A stretch of 64,000 bases of DNA from an uncultured virus (IMG/VR IMGVR_UViG_2891407665_000020) (taxonomy: Duplodnaviria > Heunggongvirae > Uroviricota > Caudoviricetes). Shown piece by piece: positions 46,789 to 57,767 of the stretch; within the stretch, counting starts at the first letter, position 1, and every line of letters begins with the position of its first letter. Location of the stretch: IMG/VR virus record IMGVR_UViG_2891407665_000020. One strand, written 5' to 3'. The translations under genes and the position numbers were made by a program. The notes below the pieces were generated by a model. That model saw only the letters and a program-made list of their open reading frames with translations. It was not told the DNA's origin and did no database searches.

Positions 46789-49700
46789 GTGAAAAAGAAA
46801 GCAATGTTAGCTGCCATGGCCGCTTGCCTGCTGTCCGGTAATCTTGCTGCTTATGCGCCACTGAATGTGCTAGCAACAGATATCAAAACTACGCAGGATG
46901 GTTTCGAGGCGGCTGATGTGCCCTTTGTTACCTGGGCAAATACAATGGCAAGCGCTAAAGCCTCTTCCTGGGGCGATGTACGGGGTTTTTACTCTGTGAA
47001 TAACAACAATAAGGGAGTAGACTTCAAAATAACGAAAAAGCAGTTTAATACGATAACGAGCTCCATAGGTTACGCAAAGGACAGGGATACTTATTTTAAT
47101 GAGGTTCCTGACCGGACGATGGGCGGGTTGTCAGCAACCAAGTCTTACTTAATCGAGCATAATTTCTTACAGAGAAGAGTTGCATTAAGTTACGGCAGGA
47201 GAGGGATAGAAGCAACGCTAGACGGGAGCGGTGAGGACTTTGACCTTATAAACCGTATGGACAAGACTGAGCTGTATACCATGCTGTATAAAATTCTGTA
47301 TGGCACGGTTGAATCCCGAACAATCATCTGGCGGACGGACGCATTTAGAAATGTGGATGGGAGTATGCAAAGGGTCAGCAGCCAAAAGAACTATAAAACC
47401 ACGGATGGCCAGGCAGTACACGCTATTTTTGATTCTGATTACAATGTGTATGCACACCCTGATGTGTATGAACTGTACCTTTCGGAACTTTTAAATAAAG
47501 GACTGATAGAGCAGGGTGAGATAAGTACCGCGAAGAGCAGTTTCCTTACAGAGTACAATCTGATGCAGCGCAGTGATTATAAGCCCCCCTGGCATCCATC
47601 ACAGCGCCCAGTTATTATCAGTGGGGATGAACCTGTGGAAGGTACTAACTATCTAGGGAGTTCTGTATCACTTAATAGGCTTGATGGCAGCAGTGTTTTT
47701 GATGCTGATGTTGAGCAATCCCCTGCGGGGAAGAGCAGAACGATTATTATGGAAAGTGAACAGCCTGACTATTTTAGGCAGGAAAATTTAACTACCATAG
47801 ATGCATTAAAGATTATAGAAACCATGCTCCGTGGAACCGAAAAGGATATGACAAAGACAGAAGCCAATACGGTTGCTTACAAGTACGGGACTAGGTATCT
47901 TGGTTCATTGGACTCCAGCGCAAAGGGTACTGTAGCTTTTTTGATTGCGAAAGGTATCCTGAATTTTGAAGATGATTCTGAGTATATTGATTTGTACCAG
48001 GACTTTACATACGAGACGGCGTATAAGCTGCTGTACCGTGTGGCGAATAAGGATGCACGCTATGATTTTTCTAAGATACAGCTAACAGACAATGAAGTGT
48101 TCTGGCAGGAGCAGGGGTTTGCGGAAGACCGTGTATCATTTGTGGATGGCAGCGATCTGCCTTATATGAAGATTTTGGAAGACAGCGAGAGTTTTGCCAG
48201 TTACGACGATAGGGTAAAGAAATCAGCAACGGTGGCAAAGGTAGAGGGGGATGGGGCTGAGGAACCGCCCTCGGAGTCGGAAACGGAGACAGAGACGGTA
48301 TGGGAACAGGATTCCCTTCTTTATGTGCAGTGCATAGACAATGACACCAACCAGCCGATAAGCAATGCTACAATCTCGGTTTATGCGGAAGACGGCACAG
48401 CCGTTGGTGAGAGCGTTACTGACCAGCAGGGTGTGGTAACCTTCCAGTTAAGGGAAGGCACTTATTATTTCGAGCAGACAGACGTACCTGACGACTATGT
48501 GCTTAACGACTACTATAACAGTGTCAGCTTTAGCCAGGACGGTGAAATCCGGAAATTCAGGATTAGAAACAGCCCTGCTGAGAAAGGAAATTTAACTGTA
48601 AGTGTACATGAAGAAGATGCCGGTGTACCGGTGCCCGGGGCGTACGTAGAGGTTTACGACAGCGAAGGGGAAATAGCCGAGAGCTTCTTCTATGGGGAAA
48701 GCGTGCACAAATCTACGCTTCCTTATGGCGTCTATACAGTAAAGGTGTCAAGTGTACCAGAGGGTTACGAGAACCCGGAGCCAGCCTTGACAAAAACAAT
48801 AAAACTGTCGAAGTATAACAGGAATGCGAGCGCTGACTTTACAATAGCGCTTAAGAGCACGATTGTCGGGAACGCAGCGCAATTTATCAACAACCTGTTT
48901 GCTGATACTGCTGTATACGCGGCGAATAAGAAAGCTTATGTCATTAAACTCCTGTTGGAGGATAAGAATGGGTACTCTTACAGCTATGGGAGCACATCAA
49001 TTAACGCAACAACAAAGAAATCAGACAATGATGATTTAGCGGCTGATGTGGCAACCAAGGTTTATGCCGGCAGCAGAATGTACCAGGTGACTTTCAAGAT
49101 TGAGGCAGCTTCCAGGGATGACGCATTGAGCATCGTCCAGTCTAAGCTAAGGGTCTCTGGGGTCACGGAACAAAGCTCTGTAATAGGCGTAACAGAAATA
49201 GAGGGTTCCGATGGCGTTAAGTCAACAATGGTATCCGCAGATGATGTGCGCAGTGGAATGGCAGATGTTAAGGTTATTAACAATAATACCCTTATGAATG
49301 TTAAAACCGGCGCCACAGCTATGATTCTGCCTGAGCAGGGGTATGCGCTTGTTGGCAATAAGATTATAAAGTCCGATAACCTTGTAGCTGTGACTGACAG
49401 CAACAAGGTTTATTATAATTTGGAGATTATCTGTGCTATTCTCAGCAATGCATCCATTAAAAAGATTAATGGTGCAACATCATTAGTGAGTAAATCCATT
49501 AAGAAAGAAAAACTGTTTGATGTTTACTCTGAGAACGGGACTAAGTTAGAGTCTAATTATGCAGCAACTTTTGACAGTGTCGTATACGAAGAAAAGAATG
49601 AGGGCGGCACCATACGTAAAAAAACATTGATGTATAATATGGACTCTATGTCCCGTGGTCTTTCATGCCTGACGCGTACGTTTAAAAAGCGTGTGAATAT

Positions 49701-52026
49701 CGGTGCAGAGAAAAATGCATCATCCGATGTTACGATAATTGTTAAGTGGAACTTTATAGTACCTAATATAGACTCTTTAGAAGTGCAGGGAATCAAGAGC
49801 ACAGCACAATCCGGTACAATCACTTTCCAGGATGCTGCTGATATTCTAAACACCGAACCAAAAGACAGTGTACTGAGAGAGTGGTGGAATTATAATCTTG
49901 ATATGTCAAATGCCCTGGCAAACTTCATGTATGGTACAAAAGGAACCCAGTATGTTACATGCGGATATTTAGTGCCAAGCGTGACAGTTTTAAGCTCTGC
50001 CGGGGGCAACCGCAAAGGGAGCGTCAGTATCTCCGGTGATAACCAGGGGGTATCCTGTTCTTTAAAGAGCTTATCTGACAGCCAGCTCAATAAGCTCTTC
50101 AAGGAGTTGAGCCTGTCCCCCTCATACTTAAAGAAATACCTTGGAAGCACGAAAAGTAATTGGTGGGAATCTTACTACAATGTCAGTAAATACGATAGCA
50201 GTTTCATAAAGTCACTGATGAGCAAGGCTTCGTTCAGGAATTTAGCAGGCTCGGAAGTCTACTATGGGCAGGATGCCAGCCAGGCGACTACAGATGGGCA
50301 CGTGTTTGGCAACGCGGAGTACTTGATACTGAATAATGGCACCGTTTATGCTAATGCGGAAACGAATACTGATTTCACGCTGGATAAAAACGGGCATAGG
50401 ATTACTGTCAGGAACTTCTCCACAGGTGGCGTTGAGATGGTTGTTGGGAAAGGGACGCAGGTCGTTGTCAATAGCGGCGGTCAGGAAGCAACCTTTGAAT
50501 ATTGCTCCACAGAAGCCATTGGCGAAGGGATTTACCATAAGATGCGACTGGTCGCTACGGATGGCAGTATGCCTGTGTACTTTTCAGGGTACCTGGACAG
50601 CAAAGGGTGCAAGTCTGTTGAGCAGTTACAGAAAGCCGCGGAAAATCCAGAGAACTACAAGACACAGCTTGGTATGTCGTTATACGATTATGAGAAGAAC
50701 CTTTATAAATTCCTCGGGATGCAGGGTGTGCCGGTTGCGAACATGAATGTTTCAAAACGTTTCGCACTTAACAAGGATAGCCTGGGGAATGGTATTCTTG
50801 GCTCTATATACGCCGATTTTTATAATGATGGCGTATCTGGCGTGCGGTTTTGCAGGTATGGCGATAAGTCACTTACAGATGTAGCCACGCAGGATCTAGC
50901 AGTCATGGAAAACGGCTCCTGTCTCATAAAGTCCTTAATCAGTGCGAATGTCTTTGTGTATGTGCCCACAAATAATTATTATTTTGCGAAAGATAGCGCA
51001 GGCGCTGTGAAATTATTTGCAGGTTCGGATGTTGGCGTCCTTAATACAAGGATTTACTACACCGGGCTTAACAATTCTTTGCGTGATTCCATTTTAGCAG
51101 AGTCAGCAGGGACTATCCCTGTAAACCAGATAGCATCTGGTTCGAAAGTCTATGTAGGCGGGATACTGTTCACAAAGATGCAGGATGGCAACCTTGTTGC
51201 AGGTCCTGTTAAATCCCAGAACAGCCTCATACTTGGTGTTTTGTCCGCGATCGACAGTAATAACGATGAGTCGCTGAAATCTTGTTTATTGCAGACTTTT
51301 GGGGCACAGTGTGTTATTGTTGGGACGCGCAATGTGTCTTTGCAGTCATTTATAACCGATATCGCGGTTGGCCCTCAGAACGGAGTGCAGGAAAAGAAGA
51401 CATTATTCCGTGAGAAATCTGGTTACCAGTATGTAGTGAGTGCGAAAAAATGCAAAGACTACCAGAAAGGGAGTGTCCCTAATCTGATTAATTACAACCT
51501 GTCAATACGTGTGGATGACGCACTGTTATGCCGTCCTATCGATAGCCAGGGTTTGCTGTATCAGATGCTTTACTGTTCGGATGCTTATGTGAGCGGGCTT
51601 GGGAATCTTCCATTTTATCCCGAGTATCTTGGCGAGGACCGTAACAGCACCTTAAATGTTTATTGGGAGAAAACAGCATATGCAATCCATCAGTATGTCA
51701 ATTCAATGAAAGATAGCTTTTTGGAGGATTACCGTAAGGCATGGGAAGGCGATTTCATTTCAATGTGTAAAATGATTGTTGCCAGCATCTTACTATACCT
51801 TATGATAATTAGCTGGATTTGTTTATTTTTCTTGAAATTTGGGGTTGGTAGGCGTTTCTTTGAGGCTCTGGCTATGCCAACAGGGATTTCCAGGAATGGG
51901 ATTGATTTGTTCAAGATTTTGTCCCTTGGGCTGTTTCACTATGATGACATACCCAGCGTTAGTAGAGTTGCCCTTATGAACTTTGTGTTCTATGGCATCA
52001 TGTTTATAATACTTGATATTTTATAG
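46789..52026 (+). CDS. Giant cell-surface protein: signal peptide, SLH-like motifs, Cna-B/SpaA-like repeats, copper-amine-oxidase-N-like domain, C-terminal TM helices
   Basis: VAFLIAKGIL...FTYETAYKLLYRV and two similar SLH-like segments; PISNATISVY...TDQQG...GTYYFEQTDVPDDY and VPGAYVEVY...GVYTVKVSSVPEGY; GYALVGNKII...NKVYYNLEIIC; two C-terminal hydrophobic helices. Confidence 0.75.
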   Translation: MKKKAMLAAMAACLLSGNLAAYAPLNVLATDIKTTQDGFEAADVPFVTWANTMASAKASSWGDVRGFYSVNNNNKGVDFKITKKQFNTITSSIGYAKDRDTYFNEVPDRTMGGLSATKSYLIEHNFLQRRVALSYGRRGIEATLDGSGEDFDLINRMDKTELYTMLYKILYGTVESRTIIWRTDAFRNVDGSMQRVSSQKNYKTTDGQAVHAIFDSDYNVYAHPDVYELYLSELLNKGLIEQGEISTAKSSFLTEYNLMQRSDYKPPWHPSQRPVIISGDEPVEGTNYLGSSVSLNRLDGSSVFDADVEQSPAGKSRTIIMESEQPDYFRQENLTTIDALKIIETMLRGTEKDMTKTEANTVAYKYGTRYLGSLDSSAKGTVAFLIAKGILNFEDDSEYIDLYQDFTYETAYKLLYRVANKDARYDFSKIQLTDNEVFWQEQGFAEDRVSFVDGSDLPYMKILEDSESFASYDDRVKKSATVAKVEGDGAEEPPSESETETETVWEQDSLLYVQCIDNDTNQPISNATISVYAEDGTAVGESVTDQQGVVTFQLREGTYYFEQTDVPDDYVLNDYYNSVSFSQDGEIRKFRIRNSPAEKGNLTVSVHEEDAGVPVPGAYVEVYDSEGEIAESFFYGESVHKSTLPYGVYTVKVSSVPEGYENPEPALTKTIKLSKYNRNASADFTIALKSTIVGNAAQFINNLFADTAVYAANKKAYVIKLLLEDKNGYSYSYGSTSINATTKKSDNDDLAADVATKVYAGSRMYQVTFKIEAASRDDALSIVQSKLRVSGVTEQSSVIGVTEIEGSDGVKSTMVSADDVRSGMADVKVINNNTLMNVKTGATAMILPEQGYALVGNKIIKSDNLVAVTDSNKVYYNLEIICAILSNASIKKINGATSLVSKSIKKEKLFDVYSENGTKLESNYAATFDSVVYEEKNEGGTIRKKTLMYNMDSMSRGLSCLTRTFKKRVNIGAEKNASSDVTIIVKWNFIVPNIDSLEVQGIKSTAQSGTITFQDAADILNTEPKDSVLREWWNYNLDMSNALANFMYGTKGTQYVTCGYLVPSVTVLSSAGGNRKGSVSISGDNQGVSCSLKSLSDSQLNKLFKELSLSPSYLKKYLGSTKSNWWESYYNVSKYDSSFIKSLMSKASFRNLAGSEVYYGQDASQATTDGHVFGNAEYLILNNGTVYANAETNTDFTLDKNGHRITVRNFSTGGVEMVVGKGTQVVVNSGGQEATFEYCSTEAIGEGIYHKMRLVATDGSMPVYFSGYLDSKGCKSVEQLQKAAENPENYKTQLGMSLYDYEKNLYKFLGMQGVPVANMNVSKRFALNKDSLGNGILGSIYADFYNDGVSGVRFCRYGDKSLTDVATQDLAVMENGSCLIKSLISANVFVYVPTNNYYFAKDSAGAVKLFAGSDVGVLNTRIYYTGLNNSLRDSILAESAGTIPVNQIASGSKVYVGGILFTKMQDGNLVAGPVKSQNSLILGVLSAIDSNNDESLKSCLLQTFGAQCVIVGTRNVSLQSFITDIAVGPQNGVQEKKTLFREKSGYQYVVSAKKCKDYQKGSVPNLINYNLSIRVDDALLCRPIDSQGLLYQMLYCSDAYVSGLGNLPFYPEYLGEDRNSTLNVYWEKTAYAIHQYVNSMKDSFLEDYRKAWEGDFISMCKMIVASILLYLMIISWICLFFLKFGVGRRFFEALAMPTGISRNGIDLFKILSLGLFHYDDIPSVSRVALMNFVFYGIMFIILDIL

Positions 52027-52046
52027 GCGGCACAGGCCGCCTATAA
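52021..52046. promoter_or_regulatory. Perfect intergenic hairpin without a U-tract
   Basis: TTATAGGCGGC-acag-GCCGCCTATAA. Confidence 0.5.
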
Positions 52047-52067
52047 CTGGTTAGGAGGCGATATAGA

Positions 52068-53276
52068 TTGGACACAAACAAAACAAACCTTGATAGCTTG
52101 CGCAGGAACACCATAGTAGGACTTTTGGCATTATTTGCAGTTTACAGCATTTTACTTAATGCAAGCTTTACAGTGACACATGCAAAATCCCTTACCGAAG
52201 TTTTTACTACGGATGCCTTTACAGGTTCATGGGAAGTGTTTTCAAAGTTTAATTTTCTAGGTAAACTTATGAATTTCATACTTTCAGCATTTAGTTTGCT
52301 TGGGCTGTTTATAGTTGCATGGCAGAGACTGGTTACATTGCTGTACCTAAGCGGGCGTACATTATTCGACCGGGTGCATGAGATAAAGTCCTCTGGCAAG
52401 GGGCAGAAGTTCCTTGGGCTTCCAGCGATTTTCCAGAGCACGATAATGAACAGCCAGTACGGCACTGGGGCGGATTCTATTGTCTCTTTTTTACTGTCCC
52501 TTTTGCCGGATGTAAAAGAGGCCTCTGACTATAGTGAAGGCAATAGACAATATAATCTAGAGGATACAGATTCTGTTACACAGTATATTTTGAAGGTATC
52601 TATCCCAACCATTATGATTATTTTCTTCTTCACGATAGGGTTTAACGGGACATACTTCCAGATTTATGGGAATATCGTGGAGGGCATGGCAACAGTCGCA
52701 GATAATTTTGTTGACACCAAACTATCGAAGTATGTTGATAGGCTTATTAACAAAGGTGCTGCCTATAAGTTTGCATATGCCGACGATGGAAGCAATATAG
52801 GGAAGATGAGGCAGTCAATTGCGTCAGATATTTACACGAAGGTGCTGAAAAATATAGAGAACCCTAATTCAGACGCCACTTTGTTAATAGGGCAGCAGGT
52901 AGATTCAATAGTAGAACAGCATTACACAGCAGAGGCTATTTCGGCAGCTCTCGGGTCTGTTAACGATTCAAATGAGTCGAAATTAAAGTGGGATGGCAGT
53001 GACGAGACTGCGAAGAATGTGCAATATTCAGTGACTGTGAATGCACGAAGCGAGCCTTATTCAGGTGAGGTCGCAGGCGCACCATTTAGCCTTGCAGACC
53101 TTTCCTGCGGTTTCCCTATGAGTGGGACATACGCAAATGAGGGTGGCATAGGATATGTCCATGTCGTATTTAATAAGAAGAATAACTCAGAAGAGCATAA
53201 TTATTTCCAGACGCCGGATGAGAAAACTTCTGGTGGGCGTGGGAAGGATGCTAGCAATCCTGAGAAAGCAGACTAA
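52068..53276 (+). CDS. Membrane protein of the conjugation region
   Basis: 402 aa, three hydrophobic segments then a soluble domain; AGGAGG RBS, TTG start. Confidence 0.75.
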   Translation: MDTNKTNLDSLRRNTIVGLLALFAVYSILLNASFTVTHAKSLTEVFTTDAFTGSWEVFSKFNFLGKLMNFILSAFSLLGLFIVAWQRLVTLLYLSGRTLFDRVHEIKSSGKGQKFLGLPAIFQSTIMNSQYGTGADSIVSFLLSLLPDVKEASDYSEGNRQYNLEDTDSVTQYILKVSIPTIMIIFFFTIGFNGTYFQIYGNIVEGMATVADNFVDTKLSKYVDRLINKGAAYKFAYADDGSNIGKMRQSIASDIYTKVLKNIENPNSDATLLIGQQVDSIVEQHYTAEAISAALGSVNDSNESKLKWDGSDETAKNVQYSVTVNARSEPYSGEVAGAPFSLADLSCGFPMSGTYANEGGIGYVHVVFNKKNNSEEHNYFQTPDEKTSGGRGKDASNPEKAD

Positions 53277-53346
53277 GTTTTTGGTTGCATGGGTGTAAGA
53301 GCCCATGTAACCATTAGTGCCAAAATAAATTTAAAGGAGGCGGGTT

Positions 53347-56300
53347 ATGCACAAAAAATTAAAGAAGGGTACAGCTCTTTTTATGGCACTGTTAATTTTT
53401 ACAGCTATGCTGGCGCCATCGCAGGAAGCATTTGCCAACAGCGTAACAGATGGAGAGAAAGCGGCTATAGAAACGCGATGCAAAGCATTGCAGGAAAAGA
53501 TAGCTGAGAATGCTGCGGGCGAATATGGCCTGCTGTGTAAGCTGAAAGCTGTGCTGGAGTACCAGATGTATGTTAAGTTTATCTACGATAACCGGCTTGG
53601 TTTCACAAAAAATGAAATTGAGAACTATGTAGGTAACTTACGCAGGTATATAAAAGCTTTCAACGAAATGTATGGCAAAAAACCAAAACAAAAGTCCTTT
53701 ACCCCGCTGAAGCTCGGTCAGGTAAAAGTAAAAAAAGATCCAGGCATGGCTATACGCGGTAATGTGTGTGATAAGATACCGAAATATGTAGAGGATATCT
53801 TGGAGTCTGTACAAAAGGATGTTGTACAGGGTAAGACTGATGCGGAGAAGGAAAGGGCAATGAAAAAGAGCGACACGATACTCCGTATGTGTTTTGATAT
53901 CTTGTCTACTTATGACGAGACGATTACAGAGTTGACAAACCAATCTGCATTAAGCAGCAATGGCGGTGAGAAGGAACTTTTTATTATTGATGGCACTAAA
54001 GACAATTCCAAAATCACCCAAGTATTATCTGCAATACGGGAAAAATACACAGAACTGCTGGAGTACGGGGAGGCTTTATCGGCAAACTACCATGTGACAG
54101 GCAGCATAAGCGATATTGACGTAACAAAGCCGGCTATTGAGATATTCAGTAACGCATCTACGGATGAGGACGGGAACCTTGTGTTTAATGGTGAACCTGA
54201 GCTAAATGCCAGTTATATGGCGCTCATTTCGGCGTCCTCAGTTTACAGGCCGTTTGAGTCTTATGTCGGTGCGGAAGAATTTTTAGCATCCGTTTCTTAT
54301 TTGTGTTCAAGCGAGAAAGCTGCAGCCAAGTTATGTAGCGCTTATGCATCCACAAAGGACTATAGAAAACCATTATACAGAAGGAAATTAAACCAGGCTG
54401 GCGAGCCCACAGGCGTTGCAGAGATCATTACGCTCCAAGAGTTTTTGGATGCTATAGTTTCCGGTGAATCTTTTGCACTCGTTTCTATTGACGGTATATT
54501 CAAGCTCAATCAAGATACACAAACATGGGTATACTCCACCGCGGGTCCTGAAGAAACGAAAGACCCGGCCGGGGAGGCAGAGGAAACGGATGACGCATTA
54601 GACACCGATGATACCGAAGGGGAGCCTGCTGCGGGTAACGATACAACTGCCTCTAATAGTATGCTTAAGACTATCTATAGATCGCACCAGAATAAGGCCG
54701 TAGCCACTAACGGCAGTACGCCAGCCACCAATGGGTTTAATGATATGGAGTCGCTATACAGCAATGTTGCGGAGGAGTTTGATGAGGAACCCAAGGAGGA
54801 CGACGCTGATGACAGTAACCCTGCGGCAACTCCTAGTCAGACAAATTATGACACAGCTTATAAGAAAGCGCGTTCGGAGACGACAATTGACGCTTATGAG
54901 GAGATTACTGATATAGCGAGGATGAGTGAACCGCTCTTACTTTTTGGGAGTTCCAAAGCGCGTGCTGTTGATAATATGACTACAGCGATATTAACTAATG
55001 TGCTAAAAAATATTGGGACGATTGACAGCATTAAGAACCGTGATACGCGCTTTGTCTATGTAAACCCATACGGTGATATTGTTTTAGATGATAACCTTGT
55101 CTTACTGCCTGGGATTGCGAATCCAATCTTTTGGAAAGACGGGGGGCAGTATGTTCCTTATAATGCCGCCATAATGAACAATTACCCATCTGCGTTGTAT
55201 AACCATTCTTTCTTTAAGCTTTATAATAGCTCTGATATTGGTAAGTATATGTTTTTTGGGGAGTCATCATCCTCGCAGTCCCTGTTAACAGACAAAGAGG
55301 TTAGCTACACAGGGTATTCGCTTTATCGGACGCGGTCGCTTGATGGTTTTGACGAGAAACAGCTGTTTATGCCAGAATTGGACCTGGAGTTTGAAATGAG
55401 TGATGGCTCTGAGGATTCTCTGGAGTTGCTGCGTACAAAGACCTTTTTGTACAATAGTGGGACGGATTTTACTCCTGGGAAATTAGCGCCTTTTGTCCGC
55501 ATCACTAACGAGACTGTGAATGGCAGCTATGTCTTTCCCTACCGGGTAGAGGAGGACCCAGGATTCTCACTCGCAAAAATCATTGTAAGCAATATGTACA
55601 ATAAGCTTATGCATGATGAGCGCAGCAAGGAGTCTAAAAACCAGGGGCGCTTGAATGATAATTATGTTATTCAAAATATTCTCCAGCAGCAGCTTGACGG
55701 CACTTCTAACCCGGAAGCATACAGTAAGAACGCATTGCTTCAGTATGATAGTTTTGTCAAGAATACACCGGAGCGTATGAAAACAAATATTGCAAATGTG
55801 GCAAATGGCATTTTAGAGTACGCCGGGGACGTAGATGGCATTATTGGGATTAAGGACACTTATACGCTGCATATTGTCGGGAGGCTTTTTAATGCCATTC
55901 GTGAGAATATTGCCTTTATACTTGTGCTGATCGCTATTTTTGTAGTTATTTGCTTTATAAAAAACAATAATAGTTTATTCAATTCTATTCTTGTAGGCGC
56001 ATTATCTATGGCTGTCGCTTATGTATTTATTATCGTGGTTCCAGTTTATCTGCCTTATATTTACAATAGTATAACAAACAATGTTTCGCAGCCTCTTGCA
56101 TTTGAGACATTAGGTACGCAGCTTGAGAAAGAGAGCATTTATCCGACAGCAAATTTATCCTTGGATGCAAAAAGGAATGTCAATTTAACAGCTTCTTCAA
56201 TTTCCCTGTACCGTTACCCATTCTATGATTTGAGCGGGATTGAAAAAAATCTTTCTCTTGATGATATGGATGAAGCGACTGGCGGTAATTCTTATGTCAT

Positions 56301-57765
56301 TAATGAGGATTCCGGTGTTTACCTTGAGAACAGCACTATTAAAGTAAGTCTTTCCAGTTTGATGGGAACCTTGAAAATTGACGGTGGATATGCTAGTGAA
56401 GCAGGTAATGGTGTCTATCAGCTTAAGGCTTATAAGACAGCTTCCAATAATATAGACTTTTACACTCCGTACTACCAGATGGTCGATGGCTTTATAGACA
56501 AGCTGAACACATTGATTGAGGTGTACCGTGTACCACGGACAGTCTCAACTTATGCAAAAGGTACGCAGAAGGATAAGTTTGCTGTTAATTGCTATTTAAC
56601 TTCTGCGCCGTTTGTGACGCCTGGCAAATATAGTTCCATGATTGACTATGAACAAGAAAAGGCAGCCGGGCTGACGGATGAGGAGATTAAGGAATGTGTT
56701 GAGTATGATGAGCAGCTCGAAGATGTACTCACCAAGGCATATGGGAACAATGATGATTGGCTGGGAATTACAGACGTCATAGAGGCGCCAACTTTGACAG
56801 AGAATGCAGATTTGCGCGGGACATTGTGGGCTGCCGAGTTACAGAAGCAAGGGTATTATGATGAGAATTGGAAACTGAACACTGAACGCTGTGCAGAGCT
56901 GGTTGGCTATGTGAACTATGTTACAAAGAAATTTGTTTATGATATTGAGGATTTGACTACGAAATTGAGCGATGATACCTTGATTAAGCTGATAACACTC
57001 AGAGCGCTTTTAGCTCTTAACCAGCACGCATCTGACGCAGTTGGGAAAATGTATCCTCTGTTTGTCAATTATGATAATTTTAAGCTTGGCGGGATTATGA
57101 CCGCGGTGTACACGGATGATTTCCAGTCTTTTGCCAGCATGGATATGGATGTTGCAAATTATGTGATAGATAAATATGGTATGCTTTCTCTGCTTTTCTA
57201 TGTGATTGCAGTCTTGGAGATAGTAGTATTTTCTTTCATTGTCCGCATACTATTTCCCCTTATCTATGTCAGCTTTGGGGCGCTTTTGCTTGCAAAGCTT
57301 TTCTCCAACAGGAATATACATCCGCTAGTTCGTGGCTACTTTAAGTTTTCTGCGTTTGTCTTCGCAGAATTTAGTTTATTCTGCGTGAGCCTGACACTCA
57401 TAAGGCAGCTGAGGAGCAGCTTTATCAGCATTATATTCCTGTTCCTCATCATGACAGCTCTTGTATGGCTGTTGTTCAAATTACTCCTTTCCTGGTTCGA
57501 GGACAAGGCTAATTTAGGTAATAGCAGTTTCAATGTATCTGTGGTAGATGCCTTTGCGAAAGCTAAAAACCGAATCATAAATAGCATGACCGTAAGGAGA
57601 GCCGTAATGCCGACAGACAGTGACAATAGTATGCAAGAAGATACCGAAAGTTCTGGATTCAGTGAATACGCTGGGACAGCGAGTGTGGATGACTTGTATA
57701 AGAATGCGGGTACTTATACCAGTGGTGCAGACGAATCAGATTTTGATGATTATGGGGGTGATTAA
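53347..57765 (+). CDS. Very large secreted/polytopic membrane protein; candidate mating-channel (VirB6/TcpH-like) component
   Basis: Signal peptide, large extracellular region, TM pair near aa 855-905, and a TM bundle near aa 1280-1385; upstream of the VirB3-like and VirB4 genes. The ORF is solid, the function is inferred. Confidence 0.55.
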   Translation: MHKKLKKGTALFMALLIFTAMLAPSQEAFANSVTDGEKAAIETRCKALQEKIAENAAGEYGLLCKLKAVLEYQMYVKFIYDNRLGFTKNEIENYVGNLRRYIKAFNEMYGKKPKQKSFTPLKLGQVKVKKDPGMAIRGNVCDKIPKYVEDILESVQKDVVQGKTDAEKERAMKKSDTILRMCFDILSTYDETITELTNQSALSSNGGEKELFIIDGTKDNSKITQVLSAIREKYTELLEYGEALSANYHVTGSISDIDVTKPAIEIFSNASTDEDGNLVFNGEPELNASYMALISASSVYRPFESYVGAEEFLASVSYLCSSEKAAAKLCSAYASTKDYRKPLYRRKLNQAGEPTGVAEIITLQEFLDAIVSGESFALVSIDGIFKLNQDTQTWVYSTAGPEETKDPAGEAEETDDALDTDDTEGEPAAGNDTTASNSMLKTIYRSHQNKAVATNGSTPATNGFNDMESLYSNVAEEFDEEPKEDDADDSNPAATPSQTNYDTAYKKARSETTIDAYEEITDIARMSEPLLLFGSSKARAVDNMTTAILTNVLKNIGTIDSIKNRDTRFVYVNPYGDIVLDDNLVLLPGIANPIFWKDGGQYVPYNAAIMNNYPSALYNHSFFKLYNSSDIGKYMFFGESSSSQSLLTDKEVSYTGYSLYRTRSLDGFDEKQLFMPELDLEFEMSDGSEDSLELLRTKTFLYNSGTDFTPGKLAPFVRITNETVNGSYVFPYRVEEDPGFSLAKIIVSNMYNKLMHDERSKESKNQGRLNDNYVIQNILQQQLDGTSNPEAYSKNALLQYDSFVKNTPERMKTNIANVANGILEYAGDVDGIIGIKDTYTLHIVGRLFNAIRENIAFILVLIAIFVVICFIKNNNSLFNSILVGALSMAVAYVFIIVVPVYLPYIYNSITNNVSQPLAFETLGTQLEKESIYPTANLSLDAKRNVNLTASSISLYRYPFYDLSGIEKNLSLDDMDEATGGNSYVINEDSGVYLENSTIKVSLSSLMGTLKIDGGYASEAGNGVYQLKAYKTASNNIDFYTPYYQMVDGFIDKLNTLIEVYRVPRTVSTYAKGTQKDKFAVNCYLTSAPFVTPGKYSSMIDYEQEKAAGLTDEEIKECVEYDEQLEDVLTKAYGNNDDWLGITDVIEAPTLTENADLRGTLWAAELQKQGYYDENWKLNTERCAELVGYVNYVTKKFVYDIEDLTTKLSDDTLIKLITLRALLALNQHASDAVGKMYPLFVNYDNFKLGGIMTAVYTDDFQSFASMDMDVANYVIDKYGMLSLLFYVIAVLEIVVFSFIVRILFPLIYVSFGALLLAKLFSNRNIHPLVRGYFKFSAFVFAEFSLFCVSLTLIRQLRSSFISIIFLFLIMTALVWLLFKLLLSWFEDKANLGNSSFNVSVVDAFAKAKNRIINSMTVRRAVMPTDSDNSMQEDTESSGFSEYAGTASVDDLYKNAGTYTSGADESDFDDYGGD

Positions 57766-57767
57766 AT

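Noticed and set aside
53289..53507. 72-aa ORF overlapping the start of the 1472-aa gene
   Set aside because: No RBS, and the strong AAGGAGG serves the ATG at 53347.
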